Origin: the human T2T-CHM13v2.0 reference genome, Homo sapiens
Length of the DNA: 64,000 nt
Assembly: GCF_009914755.1 (NCBI RefSeq)
Contig: NC_060932.1
Reading direction: 5' to 3' (one strand)
Shown here: one piece after another, positions 26,850 through 45,095 of the stretch
Position numbering within the stretch: position 1 is the first letter of the stretch
Layout of the letters: each line of letters opens with the position of its first letter
Position numbers and translations under genes: made by a program
The notes under the pieces: model-generated
Database searches by the model: none
What the model saw: only the letters and a program-made list of their open reading frames with translations
What the model was told of the DNA's origin: nothing

Positions 26850-27360
26850 CTGCAAGCTTTTGGGATTCTCTACACTGCAGACAGAAGGACATTTTTAAAT
26901 TTAAATCTCATTCAGTCCTTGCCAGTGGTCCCACTGCCACCAGCGTGGAGGCCCATCTCCTCTATATGGCTCCCTACCCCTGCGGACCTCCTGTGTTTTC
27001 CTGCTGTCTCCTTCAACATCATCACCGTCCGCACCTTGCTCTCTCTCCTTAGCCATATTTAACTTGCAGGTTCTCTAATCTACTTCACTCTGTTTTATGA
27101 TTAGAGCTCTGGACTTTCCATTTCCATGTGAAATATTTGCTTTACTCTTTCTCTGGGTATCTCTTTCTCATCCTTCGGAACCCAGCTCAAAAACATCACC
27201 TCCTCCAGGAAGTCCTTCTTCTCTGAGTCAGATGTCCTCCCAAGACTGCACATCCCACCATCATATCTGGCACGATTTACACCTCATCCAGAAATATTTG
27301 CACCATTCCTGTCTCATCCAGATTGCAAACTTCTTGAGACGAGAGATGCATGTCCTTTTT
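26850..27360. mobile_element. Probable L2 fragment
   Basis: Pyrimidine-rich sequence with L2-like phrases (CTCTACACTGCAG..ATTTTTAAA, CAGCTCAAAAACATCACCTCCTCCAGGAAGTCCTTC). Confidence 0.5.
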
Positions 27361-27519
27361 GGACCCTCGCTGCCGCAGGATTCATCCGATCAGCCTGTGA
27401 AAAACCCACCCTCCTGTCTTGGTACACAAAGCTTGGTGCTACTGCAGTGAGATTGTGGAGAAGGTGTACCATAAGCAGTTAATTCTCCCCATAGCTTTTA
27501 GTGTGTTCACTGCGACTCA

Positions 27520-28266
27520 TGAAACCACCTTTGCAAAGATGATGGCAGTGAAGAGAAGCCTAGTGTGTCCCACTCCACCTGGCTTCCGCCTCACAGGCTG
27601 GCTGGCCTTGCTCATTTGCGGACATAGGCCAAGCTAATTATGGGAGGAATGTAGTTTACCATTTCACTTGCAAACAAGGATGGCCATAGTCCCTCCCTAA
27701 AACAGATCCCTCCTTGGTCAGGGACGGAAACTAATGGAAGGCCACAAGATCAGGATTATGGGAGGGGCCTGGGCTCTGCTAAACGTGGGCATAGTTTCTA
27801 GAATCCCTTACTGCTCAGGAGTCATGTGGCCAGAGCTCACAAGATTTGTGACTTCTCCGGTTGCTCCTATAGATAACATCACTGTTGCAGGACCTAAGAT
27901 TTGTCTTTGGAGATGTTTTTCAGACTTTTTCATTCTGGCAACCAATGGACCCCATCCACATCCATGACTCACGACTCAACCAGTCCTGTGGCCCCCACCC
28001 AGAGGCCGACTCAGCCCACGAGACCCTCTCTCCACCCCCTCACGACTGCATCCCTAAACAGTCAGCAGCACCCAGTTCCTAGCCCCTTGCCACCAAATTA
28101 TCCATAAACACCCTAGCCTCTGAGCCCTCAAGGAGGCTGATGTCAGTAATAAATCCCGTCTCTTGAGTGGCTTGCCTAGCATTAATTACTCTTTCTTGAC
28201 TGTAATACCAGGGTCTCAGTGAATTTGTCTGTGTGGTGGGCAGGAAGAACCTGTCGGACAATCACA
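27520..28266 (+). mobile_element. LTR8-family solo LTR (ERV1)
   Basis: TGAAACCACCTTTGCAAAG start; AGGCCAAGCTAATTATGGGAGGAA; AATAAA; GGGCAGGAAGAACC..ATCACA end; imperfect TSD CTCA/CCCA. Confidence 0.85.
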
Positions 28267-28454
28267 CCCAGCTTTCAATGTACATTAGATATTTTCTTCT
28301 TTTACCTGTTCCCTCTCAGAATCCCAAGGATTCAAGGGTTTGATTGGAAGCATTTCTGGGATAAATGTGTGTGTATGTGATTTCATGCTTCCAGATTCTT
28401 ACAATAATCACGTGGTATACAGATGCAGACCAAGTATCAAATATCTTAAAAACT

Positions 28455-29237
28455 TAGGCTTGTTCATAGTAGCATTATTCACAATAACTAAAACATGGAA
28501 GCAATCCAGTGTCCACTGTTGGGTAAATGCATGAGTGAAATACAGTCTACGCATACAATGAATTTTTTTTAAACACAGGGTCTCACCCTGTTGCCCAGTT
28601 GCTGGAGTGAAGGGTGTCATCATGGCTCACTGAAGCCTTGACTTCCTGGGCTCAACCAACCCTCCCAGCTCAACCTGAATATCTGGGACATGAGGTGTGT
28701 ACCACCATGCCCAGCTAATTTTTTTGCTTTTTGTAGAGTTGGCATCTTACTATGTTGCCCAGGATGGTCTTAAACTCCTGAGTTCAAGGGACTCTCCCAC
28801 TTCAGCTTCCCAAAGTACTGAAATTACAGGCATGAGTCACCACCCCTAGCATAAGGGAATGTTATTCAGCTTCATAAAAAAAAAAAGGAAATTCTGACCC
28901 ATGTTACAACATGGCAGAACCTTGAAGACATTGTGTTAAGTCAAATAAGCCAGTCACAAATGGACAACTACTGTATGATCCCACTTATATTAGGTCCCTA
29001 AAGTCATCAGATTTATAGAGACAGGAAGCAGAATGGGAGTGACGTGCGGCAGGAGGTGGGGAGAACGGGGAGTTACTGTTTAATGGTAAGAGTTTGGTTT
29101 TGCAAAATGAAAAGGTTCTGTAGATGGATGTTGGTGATGGTTGCACAGCAATGTCTTTAGTGCCACTGAATTGTGCACTTACAGTGATTAAAAGGGTATA
29201 TTCTGTGTTCGTGTATTTTGTCACAATAAACAAATAA
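28455..29237 (+). mobile_element. L1MB-type 3' fragment with inserted AluJ
   Basis: GCATTATTCACAATA, GAACCTTGAAGACATTGTG..AAATAAGCCAGTCACAAA, GTTGGTGATGGTTGCACAGCAATG. Confidence 0.85.
28563..28850 (-). mobile_element. AluJ-type SINE
   Basis: Diverged full dimer inside the L1MB fragment. Confidence 0.9.
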
Positions 29238-30644
29238 ACCCTGGTTTGGAGTCTCCCAGGTCTGCCTGGACATTCTTTGTAGCCAAGTCCTGAGGCTGAT
29301 GCCAAGGAGGTGGTGACAACCATGAGTTTGCTGAGAAAAGTGTGGAATCCCTGGTTTCCACAGGCTTTTGCCAACATACCTGACTCTTTGTTTGAGAGCT
29401 ACCATCATTCTGGAGGCAATTTCTTCTTTAATTTACTGTCTTTGGATAATTTTGAAAGGGTCACAGAGCTGCAGCATCTTTCAATCTAGCATTCTGTTTT
29501 CTCAGTGATTACTCGTGATAGCAGATTGGAGAGCTCGGCATTTCTCTGAACTCCTCATTGCGTCTCTAGCTCTGATTATGTCACCACTTGATGTAACTGC
29601 ATTGCCTGAATTGAGTCAGAATTTAGATATATTGTTAGATTTCCTACGTCTGTTGTATTTTTGCATGAAAGTCTCTCTTTTCTGACCTATCACTGGACTC
29701 TGTTTTAAAACCAAACACTAATTCTGGGGAATCTAAAAAATTTGAACACATAAAACTAAGCAACCATTAGAATTGACTTTGAAGTATATATGGCACTGAT
29801 TTTTTTTTCAACACAATTGTTAGCAACACTTGTTAAAAACACAAGAAAATATCTCATGAAAATGTAACTGAGTATTCAGTTGAAAAGAATACATTTTACT
29901 CAAAGAGTAATGGGATTAAATGTTGGGGTTTGGGAGATTAGAAGTGGAATCGAGTCATATTTTGGGAGAAATCTGGCAGCAGAGATAAATTAGTGCTGAC
30001 AAGAAAGATAAAAGTGGAAAGGAAGACATTCCCTGTGGTGTTGAACACATGGAGAAGTCGGCCTGCTGTGCCCGCAAGTACAGCACAAATTTCACCCCAT
30101 GTGTTTCCATGTGTTTTATTTTAGAGGAAACACAGAATTGAACTGTCTGTTGTTTAAAGCAATGAATGACATGCTAAATTATAGAATTGGGGCATTTTTA
30201 TTAAAACTATTTCTGAGAAACCAAAACATTTGTTTCTGGAGATTTTCCACAAGCCTGTTATCTGTGTTACCGTAATATTTAGTGACACCGGGCCCCTCGA
30301 TGGATGGCCAGTCTTCATGGTTGACAGCCTCCCTTCTATAGGTACTTCCTGTGGGACCGCATGGCTGCCAGTTACCACCTTCTCCTCCGAGGTCTCACTT
30401 GGAAAATCAGACCTGTTTTGTGAAAAAGGTCAAGTGGCTCCTTTGAACAGCTTTGTCTACGGTAGATGTTTCAGCTGAACGTGAGTTGAGATACGGCCTC
30501 TGTGACTCTTTAAAAACAACTGCACCAGCCTAGCAAGGTTGAAACTGACCGATTGTTCTTGGCAAGGTCTGCAGCCCAGGGTCTAAAGGAGTCAACGGGA
30601 AATGTCCTTCTCTTGCCATCCCCCAAAGTTTAACATCTCTCTTA

Positions 30645-31049
<405 letters not shown>

Positions 31050-31913
31050 TTATTCAATATAGTGCTCCTCCTGCATTTAGATCTTGAGCTTACAGCATAT
31101 TTTAAATTTTTGCTATATTAATAAAAAAACATCTTGGGACTACCTTTTACATTTTTCCTAGATGTGAAACTTTTCCTATGATTAATGTGTATTTTTTATT
31201 TAATTTTTCAAATTCATGGGATTCTGCATAATTCTTATGAGGATCCCTATTTCCTAGAAGACCATACTAAACTGAGATTAAAGGCAGAATTTTCAGAACA
31301 TAAACCGTGTGTTTTACAGAAACATTCTAGTATTATAGGAACTTCTTATTCCTGTTCTCATCACACAAATTAATGGTGTATATTGTCCTCATGGTCTTTC
31401 TGCACATTTTATCTGCATCATGTAACAGCCACGGGATGCCATTGTTCATGAAATAGGAAGTTCTTAACCTCAAAGCATCTTAATCAAAGGTTGGCAGAGG
31501 CTGCAAGGCCGCTACAACTGACCGACAATGTGCATCTCATTTTTATGTTTTGACTTTATGTGGGGAGCTTTCAGTTAACTATGATGAGCTCCAACCTGCC
31601 TCAGAAGAAGTAACTACAAGGTAATTCAGCTCGGTACCATCTGCTTAGTTTCCGGCAGATTATCTTGGCCTAGGAAACTTTTACGTTTGCTGTTACAGAA
31701 GTTTTTTTCACAACGATACAATTGAAGTAATCATTCCTTTTTTCTGTTGCAATTTCAGTGTTTCTACTGTTCAATTTTTTGGGGTTCGTCCCATCTGCAC
31801 AGGGTGGCCCATGGTGATGCTATGTGGATGTGTGTTGAGTAAGTTGATTAAGAGGTTTAGATACCAAAGTAGAATTTCATGTTTTTATATTTTTTCTTTA
31901 ACTATAGTAATAG

Positions 31914-32125
31914 AAAGGCTAAATAGAAAGACACTTTAAACAGAACATGTGCCATGAACGTGCTATTTAAATAGAGCATTTAAATAGAACATTTCTTTAA
32001 ATAGAATATTTAATATTCTAATTTACATATTTAATATTTAAGTAGAAAAATATTCTTTGAATGGAACATTTGTCATGAAAGGCTAAATAGAGACACTTTA
32101 GGTAGAACGTTTGTCATGAATGTGC
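31914..32125. repeat. Degenerate AT-rich local duplication array
   Basis: AAAGGCTAAATAGA..GACACTTTA...AGAAC.T.TG.CATGAA.GTGC at ~31914 and ~32077, with TAAATAGA(A/G)(C/T)ATT sub-units between. Confidence 0.7.
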
Positions 32126-32651
32126 CTTGTTTATGAAGCTGAGCTGAGAGGGGCTGTGCACTTGGCCAGAGACTCTTCTTCCAGTGATTAATAGAATCTT
32201 TCATACCTGGGAAAACCTGAGGTGTATTAAAGGAGTTCTTGTTCTTAAAGAGTGATCATATCGTACAGAGATATTTTAACACATAATTATGTTCACACAG
32301 GTACTTAAACATCAAAAGCAATCAGGAAATCTCTGCTGAAATGTAAAGGAAATGACATAAAATTGCAAATAACACAATATGCAATAAAATGTTGTATATT
32401 TTATTCTGAGTCACCTAGACCATGCGAAGATTTAAAATGGATTAAAGACAGACATTGTGTCAAACCTGGTAAAGATTTCGTGACAGATGACCTTGAGCTT
32501 TACAACATTCACCTAGAATCGTCATTTATATAACGTGGGCAAAGACAGATCTCCTTAAATTCATTCTAAATCTTTTGCAACATCTTTGAAAATCTACTTC
32601 TAATAAAAACTCAGTTTAAAACTATGCCATTTTATGCTAAATTAATTGTGA

Positions 32652-32949
<298 letters not shown>

Positions 32950-33007
32950 TAATTTTGATATTTCTTAAAACAAAGTTTTTAAGATACTAGAGTGCCCCAT
33001 TGATAGT

Positions 33008-33315
33008 ATTTATTTTTATTTTTTATTTTTTTTGAGAAACAGTTTTGGTCTGTCGCCCAGGCTGGAGTGCAGTGACATGATCTCGGTTCACTGCGACCCC
33101 TGCCTCCTGGGTTCAAGCGATTCTCTGGCATCAGCCTCCTGAGTAGTTGGGATTGCAGGTACCCACCACCATGCCGGGCTAATTTTTGTATTTTTAGTAG
33201 AGACAAGGTTTCACCATGTTGGCCAGGCTGGTCTCGAACTCCTGACCTCAAGTGATCTACCCACCCTGGCCTCTGAAAGTGCTGGGATTATAGGTGTGAG
33301 CCACCGCTTCCAGCC
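33008..33315 (-). mobile_element. AluS-type SINE
   Basis: Full dimer; AGTATTT on both flanks. Confidence 0.92.
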
Positions 33316-33604
33316 CAGTATTTTTAAAATATGAAGAAAAATGTCAAGTTCTATCTTTATGTGTTTTACAAAAGAGCAAAACAAAAATAAAAATTCTGAG
33401 TGTCTTTTCATGGTGACTTAGAAGAATTCTGTGAATGTCTGGCCTGTGTATATTTTTGTCCAGCTAAGATTATAATCATTTAAAACATACAGATCATTAT
33501 TTTCTTGAAAAAGGGTACACATGTGGAGGAAAAGTGCCTTCTGTATAACTTGATAGGGTGTTTTGTAATCTTCTAAATTTTCAAGGCTGTACATTTATGT
33601 CACG

Positions 33605-33624
33605 TTTCCATTAGGTGGCACTGT
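33605..33624 (+). promoter_or_regulatory. Candidate CTCF site
   Basis: TTTCCATTAGGTGGCACTGT versus consensus CCASYAGRKGGCRS: one core mismatch; unique sequence. Confidence 0.5.
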
Positions 33625-34709
33625 GCTAATAGTGATAGAGCAAGTTCTCTCAGAGCTCATATCAGCTTTTTTTTTTTTCTCAAGTCTCACTTTATTTCAT
33701 TAGTTTCTAAAATGCTGTTACTTAAGATATTTGGGTGGTTTTATGGCTCGGGGTGCCAGAGAAGCAGATGCTGTTTTCGCCGTTAGTCTTAGGATCCGGA
33801 ATCAGCAGCCCCGGACACCTGAGACAGGGGGTGCGGGCCGTGTCCCCTCCACAGGTGGAGACAGTCAGGTTCGGCTTGAAAGAGGAATTCCCCGAGGGAG
33901 TGAGCCAAGAAGGACGATTGGCTGTCTTGTCACAGAGGCAGCAGGGCTTCAGGAAGGTCCTGAGGGAGAATGAAGGGTTCTGTGGTCTCTAACACAGCCC
34001 CTGGCTGAGATCGCCGTCCTCTCATTCCACCCTGGTCTGCTGGTTGGGACCACGGGCAGCGAGTCCACGGCAGGACTCCCGAGCAGTGGCTGTCGCCGGT
34101 CACCCCGGACGGCTCAGGGCAACACGGACCGTGGCGCCCCAGGAAAGGCGCCCACAGCCACAGCCAGCCTGGATGGGGCCCCTGGAGCGTGGGGTCTCGA
34201 ACACCACCCGTCAGGGCTGAAGCCCACTTCCCTCAAAGGTGACAAGTGTGGCCGAGAGTCACAGAGCCTCAGGCCGAAGAGATGGTGCTGTCACTGGGGA
34301 CGCACCGTACAAACACACATGGTAATCCACTGCGTTGAGCGCCTGTCTCAAAGGCGTGATAGAGTTTCCGCTTCGGCCTGCGGTGCTGTGGGATTAACCT
34401 GATTAATATCGTCCATTGCATGTGATTTTCGATGCAGGAGAAAATGTTATTTTGCCTAAAGATGTAAATATATAAAAATAGCCAAATCAGAGACAGGGAC
34501 TTGAATTCTGGGTCATTTTAAATACTAGTTAAAAGCTTTAAATGGCTAAACGTATTTTTAATACTGGGTCTCATTTATGTATTTATTTATTGCATATGGA
34601 ATGATCTTGCTTAGATATCTATTTGGCACTTATTTAAATAATCTATTTGTTCGTTACATATATGTTCCATAATAGGAAGCTTATTAAAAGAGTTTACTAT
34701 AGTCATTAG

Positions 34710-35135
<426 letters not shown>

Positions 35136-37202
35136 TCAAAACCCCAGAATGGTAGCTATTTCATGTGAGTGAGCATGGGGAACCCCCGATGTCTCTGGGT
35201 CATGAAACCACAAGAATGAAAGGGCTGGGAAGGCCCCCGGCAGCCCCCATGTGCGTGAGTTAGGGCACCCAGCTCTTCCGGAAGGTAACTCAGGCTGTGA
35301 GAACCCAGGGAACAAGTCAGCATCGGGGTGAACCAGAAGCCCCCTTGGATCCAGAGTCATTTTGGATCGTGAGCCCTGCCCTTTGCCAGGGATGTAGAAG
35401 GAGTTCTGGGGTGTTTCGCGAGCGTGGTGTCGTCACACCCTGGGTGCTGGATGGGCATCCTCATTGTCAGCTCGGCAGTGACCAGGCAGATAGAGCCACA
35501 CGTTCTCATCAGGAACCTCTTCATTGTCTTGGGCTGGGCTACAGGATTCCTCACAGAGAAGTCAAGTCGCCAGTGGCTCTCTTTCCAGTGACTGCCCATT
35601 TCTCCGTTCCATACATATTTTCCAGACATGGTGTGTGCACGGATGGGCTGGAAGCTGCAGGACTTTCAGTCTGGTTTGTCCTGCAGCTAAAAGACCACAG
35701 ACATGTGGCAACTGGCCCCGTCCCCAACTCACTGCCTCGGAACCTGCATTTCTGTCGGTTCTCCTGGCCGCTCACATGCACGGTACAGCCTGAGGAGCCC
35801 TGTCTGGAGTGTGTTATTGCAACCTGCCAATCCTTAGTGCCAAGGAAGGGGCAAATGTCACTTGCAAAGCTGCAATTTTCTCTGCTTATCTCTTTTTGAG
35901 GATAAAATAGGTGAAGGCCATGGCAGCAGGGAGAAGGCTTATGGTTTATAGCTAATTCACCCGGGGAAAGTAAAAGTGCATTCTGTAATTAATCACATCT
36001 CCAGTTTGCCCATTATCCTGATCCTTCTCCTCAGATTCCTCTATAGCCCCTGGCCTGTCCATTTTGTGGCTTCTTAACTACCAGGTCAGAGGTAGATGAG
36101 ATGAAGAAGGGAGATGAGAGGCATTCAGATCGACCCGTTTTATTATTTCCTTGGAGGCTCTTGGAGACTGCTTGATGAGTGAATGCTGAGAATAATGGGT
36201 GGAATGCATTAGCGGGTGGCTCGTGCCATGATTAATCTGATTCCTGTCCCATTAATGCTACTAATTGGCTACCCCAAGAAGAAAATGTCCCTCAGCTTCA
36301 GGGTGTGGGAAAGCGACGCTACCATGTTGTTAGTAGCCGAGATCATTAACTGTTGCCTTTTTTATTTGCCTTTTCTCGAACCAATCAGACCAACGACATT
36401 GCTGTGAACACCTCTGTAGAATTAGCTTCGGCTTGGGCTCTCGGAATCAGCCGTTACTCCCACAACAATAATCTTTTGGAAATCCCCAAAGCCTCTGTAA
36501 TTATGGAATTTGACGAAGGCTCTGTTGTGGATTTTGTTTCTTCTCTCTTCTCTCTCCCATTCCTATCCCTGTCAGTGCCCGGAAAAGCCGAAAGGATCCA
36601 GGAAAACACTGCAGGAGAACACTGGTAAAGTGGTCCTCAGTGAGGGCAGCTCAGGAGCTTGGAGCAGGAGGGAGAGCTCCCCTGACTCATCACAGCACAG
36701 GGCACTGGAACCCCAGGAACAGTGCTCAGTTCCTTCCACGGGAGCTCACGTGGAAAATAATCTCACCATGCCAGCTGCAGTTCTCAGACCCTCTGATCCA
36801 TAACCCAGCACGGCGGGGCGTGGTAGCCTCACAGTGTTTGTTTTAAATTGTGCCATCCTTGGATTCCCCATTTTGGTCTCCGTCCTCCTACTCTCTCCCT
36901 GCTTCAGACAGAGGTGTCAGACAAAAGGGCTCAACTTGGTATCACTGGAAACCCGGCCAGTAGCTCATCAGCTCGTCTTCCAGGCAGGTTGCTGCGATCC
37001 TGGCAGGCCTGACGGTGAGGCCTGTGAGCTGGAATGAGCTGCGCTGAGAAACTGACCTCTCCAGTGGGCAGGATGGAGCCACCCATTGAGGCTGAAGACT
37101 CGTGTATGTTCTCATGATCCGATGACCCAGGGAAAAAATAAAACCAAATCAAACCAACCAACCCTGTCTGCCAGGAGGACAGAAAGAATGCCCCAAATTT
37201 AC

Positions 37203-37500
37203 TATTTTACTTTTATTTTTTGAGACATGGTCTCGCTCTGTCACCCAGGCTGGAGGGCAGTGGCACCGTCATGGCTCACTGCAGCCTCAACCTCCTGGGC
37301 TCAAGTGACCCTTTGCCTCAGTCCCCTGAGTAGCTGGGACTACAGGTGTGTGCCACCACACGCGGCTAATTTTTTGTATTTTTTGTACAGATGGGATTTT
37401 GTCTTGTTACCTAAGCTGGTCTTGATCTCCTGGCTTCGATCTGCCTGCCTCAGACTGCCAGAGTGCTGAGATTACAGGTATGAGCCACCGTGCCTGGTCA
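37203..37500 (-). mobile_element. AluJ-type SINE
   Basis: Full dimer; TSD AGAATG(C/T)CCCAAATTT. Confidence 0.92.
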
Positions 37501-38599
37501 GAATGTCCCAAATTTATTTAAGGAAAGAATCAGTTTGGCATTTTTTTAAAAAATTGGTGCAGGAAAATACACACGTTGGGTATGACACCTTTAAAGCTGG
37601 ATATTTTTCTCTGTCTTGTCTCAGGTGTCTTTCAGATGTCCCTTTATTGTCTAAACTTCTGACGACTTGTGCTCAGTGTCTGGCAATCTTGAGAACTCTT
37701 CTCTGCGTGCAAAGTCGCATATTTTTAACACAAAGGAAATGAGCAATCTTTTGGGATGCTTTTATGGGTATCTAAAAAGTCCATTATTTTGCCTGTTTTG
37801 ATGTCCTTATCAGGAACACAAAGCAGAAACAACTTCCTAAACAAATCTCAGCTACTTGAGACGTCGTATGTTCTATCTTTTCACACTTCTTTTTTGTTAG
37901 CTACATTATATCTTATAGCAAATTCATTTCTTGGCCCTTTGTTCACAGAGCAATGCAGAACATCTTAGTCCCTGTGATAATAATAGTAATTATCAGTTAT
38001 GCAGAGCCTTGCCTCGCCAAAGCCCTTGGCAATCATCAATTAGCTAATTCAAACAGCATCCCTGTGAGAGGACTGCTCTTGAGAATATTATAATGCACAA
38101 CCATTATGTGCTGACCTTTGACTTTGCTGTGAGAAGGACCAGGTTGACGGCTGAATTTAAAGGCTGGTATAATTTCCATTCATCCTAGTGGATGCTTCAG
38201 TGAGTGCATCTTTTCAAGTTAAATATAGTTAATAAATACACATTTTGAAGTGGTTTATATACATTTCTGTGCCTTCGTAACCAAACAGGTCTTATTTCTC
38301 CTGCATCAATGCACACTTTGTCTTACCCATTTTACGTTGCAAATGTATATTCCAGGAACATTTCCTAAGTGCCTATTTTGAGCCAGCACAATGCTGGCCT
38401 AGGACCTCTGAATACAAATATAGGAGAAACACAATTCTGTTTTCAAGAAATTCACGCGCTAGTTTTGAGACACATAGACCAATGGTCATAATACAACCTA
38501 TGCGATCCACACAAAAGTTAAGTAAAAAGCGCAGTGGGGACTCTGGGGTGTGATCAGTAGGACATCACATGTTCACGTCAAGAGGGTGGGTCGTGTTCA

Positions 38600-40073
38600 C
38601 TGTGCCCTCTGATGCCACCAGAAGGCAACAGAAGTAAATAACACATCAAAACTCAGAGGCCCAATAGAGCAGGGCTTATATGAGAATTTTACGCATTAGA
38701 AACAAATATGAGAACAGAAAAAAGTTGAAAGTTAATGAGTGAAGTGCACACCTTCAGATGTAAGAAAAAGAGCAAGACCCAACCTCATAAAAGTTGGAAG
38801 AAGGCAACAGTAATGACAAAGGCCTTAAAGCTTCATCAATAGCAGAGGTAAAGCAAAGCCTTAACAGAGCCAGATGTTTTTAAAACGACCGACGAAAGGA
38901 GCATGATTTTGGCAACTTTGATCGAGATGAGAAAGGGAAAGGAAAATTGGTGATATTAGAGAATAACATGTTGGCATAATCGCAATTGTATGAGATATCA
39001 AAATTAGAAAATATGAAAAATTTTGTTAGTTTTTAGTAATCCAAGATAAAATGGAATACTCTATAAATCTCAGATAAAATGCAAATCTTATAAAAGTAGA
39101 AAAATTATTAAATAGTATATTTTGCCAAAAGTGAATTAAGAATGTAGAGGTCTGAATAATTTTATCAAGGAAATTGAGTTAGTAGTTTAAAAGATTGCCA
39201 CAGGGATTTTCCAGCCCCAGATAACTTTACAGGTGAGTGCTAGCACTCAGATAATTACATGGATGACTTCTACCAAGATTCTAAAGACAGTTTGTGTGAG
39301 TCTGTTCTCACATTGCTATAAAGAAATACCCGAAACTGGGTAATTCACAAAGAAAGGAGGTTTAACTGACTCACAGTTCCACCTGCCTGAGGAAGCCTCA
39401 GGAAACTTACAATCATGGTGAAAGGCACATCTTCACAGGGTGGCAGGAGGGAGAAGGAGTGCCAGCAGGGGAAATACCAGATGCTTATAAAACCATCAGA
39501 TCTCTTGAGAACTCACTCACTATCATGAGAACAGCATGAGGGAAACGGCCCCCAGGATTCAATTACCTCCCACCACGTCCTCCTATGACATGTGGGGTTT
39601 ATGGGGATTACAATTCAAGATGAGATTGGGGTGGGGACACAGCCAAAGGATATCACAGTTCCAATTTTACACAAGTGGAAAAACAAAACAGAATAGAAGG
39701 AGGGGGCATTTTATTCACCTAATTTAATGAGCAGTGCAATCTCGATGCCAAAGTCACAGGACAGTAGTAGAAAAGAAAATGGCAGGACAATCTCAATGAT
39801 ATGTGCAATTCCAAAACCAAAAGCATAGTGTTAGCAAAGGGAAGTCAACATCATTTTACAGATATGCACATTTCCAAGTCGGTTTGGTTCTCTACTGCAA
39901 AGATGGAGGAGTAGTAGAAAACATTTAAATGTTATTCAGCTCAATAACAGATTAAAGAGAAAATGTGATTATCTCAATTGATTCAGCAGCTTTCACTTAT
40001 TATATATAATTCTATAATTACACTTATTAATTATTAATATAATTAATAAAAGAGAGCTCTTAGTACAAGAAGA
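38600..40073 (+). mobile_element. Highly diverged old L1M ORF2-region fragment
   Basis: A-rich strand with L1 phrases (CCAGCCCCAGAT..TTTACAGGTGA, AAAAGAAAATGGCAGGACAATCTC, TGATTATCTCAAT). Confidence 0.65.
39293..39655 (-). mobile_element. THE1C-type solo LTR
   Basis: Ends GGGGACACAGCCAAAGGATATCA; 5-bp TSD CAGTT at 39288-39292 and 39656-39660. Confidence 0.92.
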
Positions 40074-40315
40074 CTTTCTTTTTTTTTAAATTTATTATTA
40101 TTATACTTTAAGTTTTAGGGTACATGTGCACATTGTGCAGGTTAGTTACATATGTATACATGTGCCATGCTGGTGCACTGCACCCACTAACTCGTCATCT
40201 AGCATTAGGTATATCTCCCAATGCTATCCCTCCTCCCTACCCCCACCCCACAACCGTCCCCAGAGTGTGATGTTCCCCTTCCTGTGTCCATGTGTTCTCA
40301 TTGTTCAATTCCCAC

Positions 40316-44031
<3,716 letters not shown>

Positions 44032-44079
44032 TTATTTTCCTCGTTAGTTGATGCAGTTTCTTCCTAATCTCGATAGTCT

Positions 44080-45095
44080 TTACATTTTGGCATGATTTTG
44101 CAGCAGCCGGTACCGGTGGTTCCTTTCCATGTTCAGCGCTTCCTTCAGGAGCTCTTTTAGGGCAGGCCTGGTGGTGACAAAATCTCTCAGCATTTGCTTG
44201 TCCGTAAAGTATTTTATTTCTCCTTCACTTACGAAGCTTAGTTTGGCTGGATATGAAATTCTGGGTTGAAAATTCTTTTCTTTAAGAATGTTGAATATTG
44301 GTCCCCACTCTCTTCTGGCTTGTAGAGTTTCTGCCGAGAGATCCACTGTTAGTCTGATGGGCTTCCCTTTTAGTGTAACCCGACCTTTCTCTCTGGCTGC
44401 CCTTAACATTTTTTCCTTCATTTCAACTTTGGTGAATCTGACAATTACCTGTGTTGGAGTTGCTCTTCTCGAGGAGTATCTTTGTGGCGTTCTCTGTATT
44501 TCCTGAATCTGAACGTTGGCCTGCCTTTCTAGATTGGGGAAATTCTCCTGGATAATATCCTGCAGAGTGTTTTCCAACTTGGTTCTATTCTCCCCATCAC
44601 TTTCAGGTACACCAATCAGACGTAGATTTGGTCTTTTCACATAGTCCCATATTTCTTGGAGGCTTTGCTCATTTCTTTTTATTCTTTTTTCTCTAAACTT
44701 CCCTTCTTGCTTCATTTCATTCATTTCATCTTCCATTGCTGATACCCTTTCTTCCAGTTGATCGCATCGGCTCCTGAGGCTTCTGCAGTCTTCACGTAGT
44801 TCTCGAGCCTTGGTTTTCAGCTCCATCAGCTCCTTTAAGCACTTCTCTGTATTGGTTATTCTAGTTATACATTCTTCTAAATTTTTTTCAAAGTTTTCAA
44901 CTTTTGACCTTTGGTTTGAATGTCCTCCCATGGCTCAGAGTAATTTGATCATCTGAGGCCTTCTTCTCTCAGCTCGTCAAAGTCATTCTCCGTCCAGCTT
45001 TCTTCCGTTGCTGGTGAGGAGCTGCGTTCCTTTGGAGGAGGAGAGGCACTCTGCTTTTTAGAGTTTCCAATTTTTCTGTTCTGTTTTTTCCCCAT
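44080..45095 (-). pseudogene. L1 ORF1p, frameshifted
   Basis: ATG at 45095; span is 1016 nt versus 1017 canonical; the C-terminal ~270 aa (VENFEKNLEE...QNHAKM) are intact, frameshift near 44903. Confidence 0.93.

Noticed and set aside
35297-35899. Longest non-L1 ORF (200 aa)
   Set aside because: GTG start, no homology I recognise and no clear exon boundaries.
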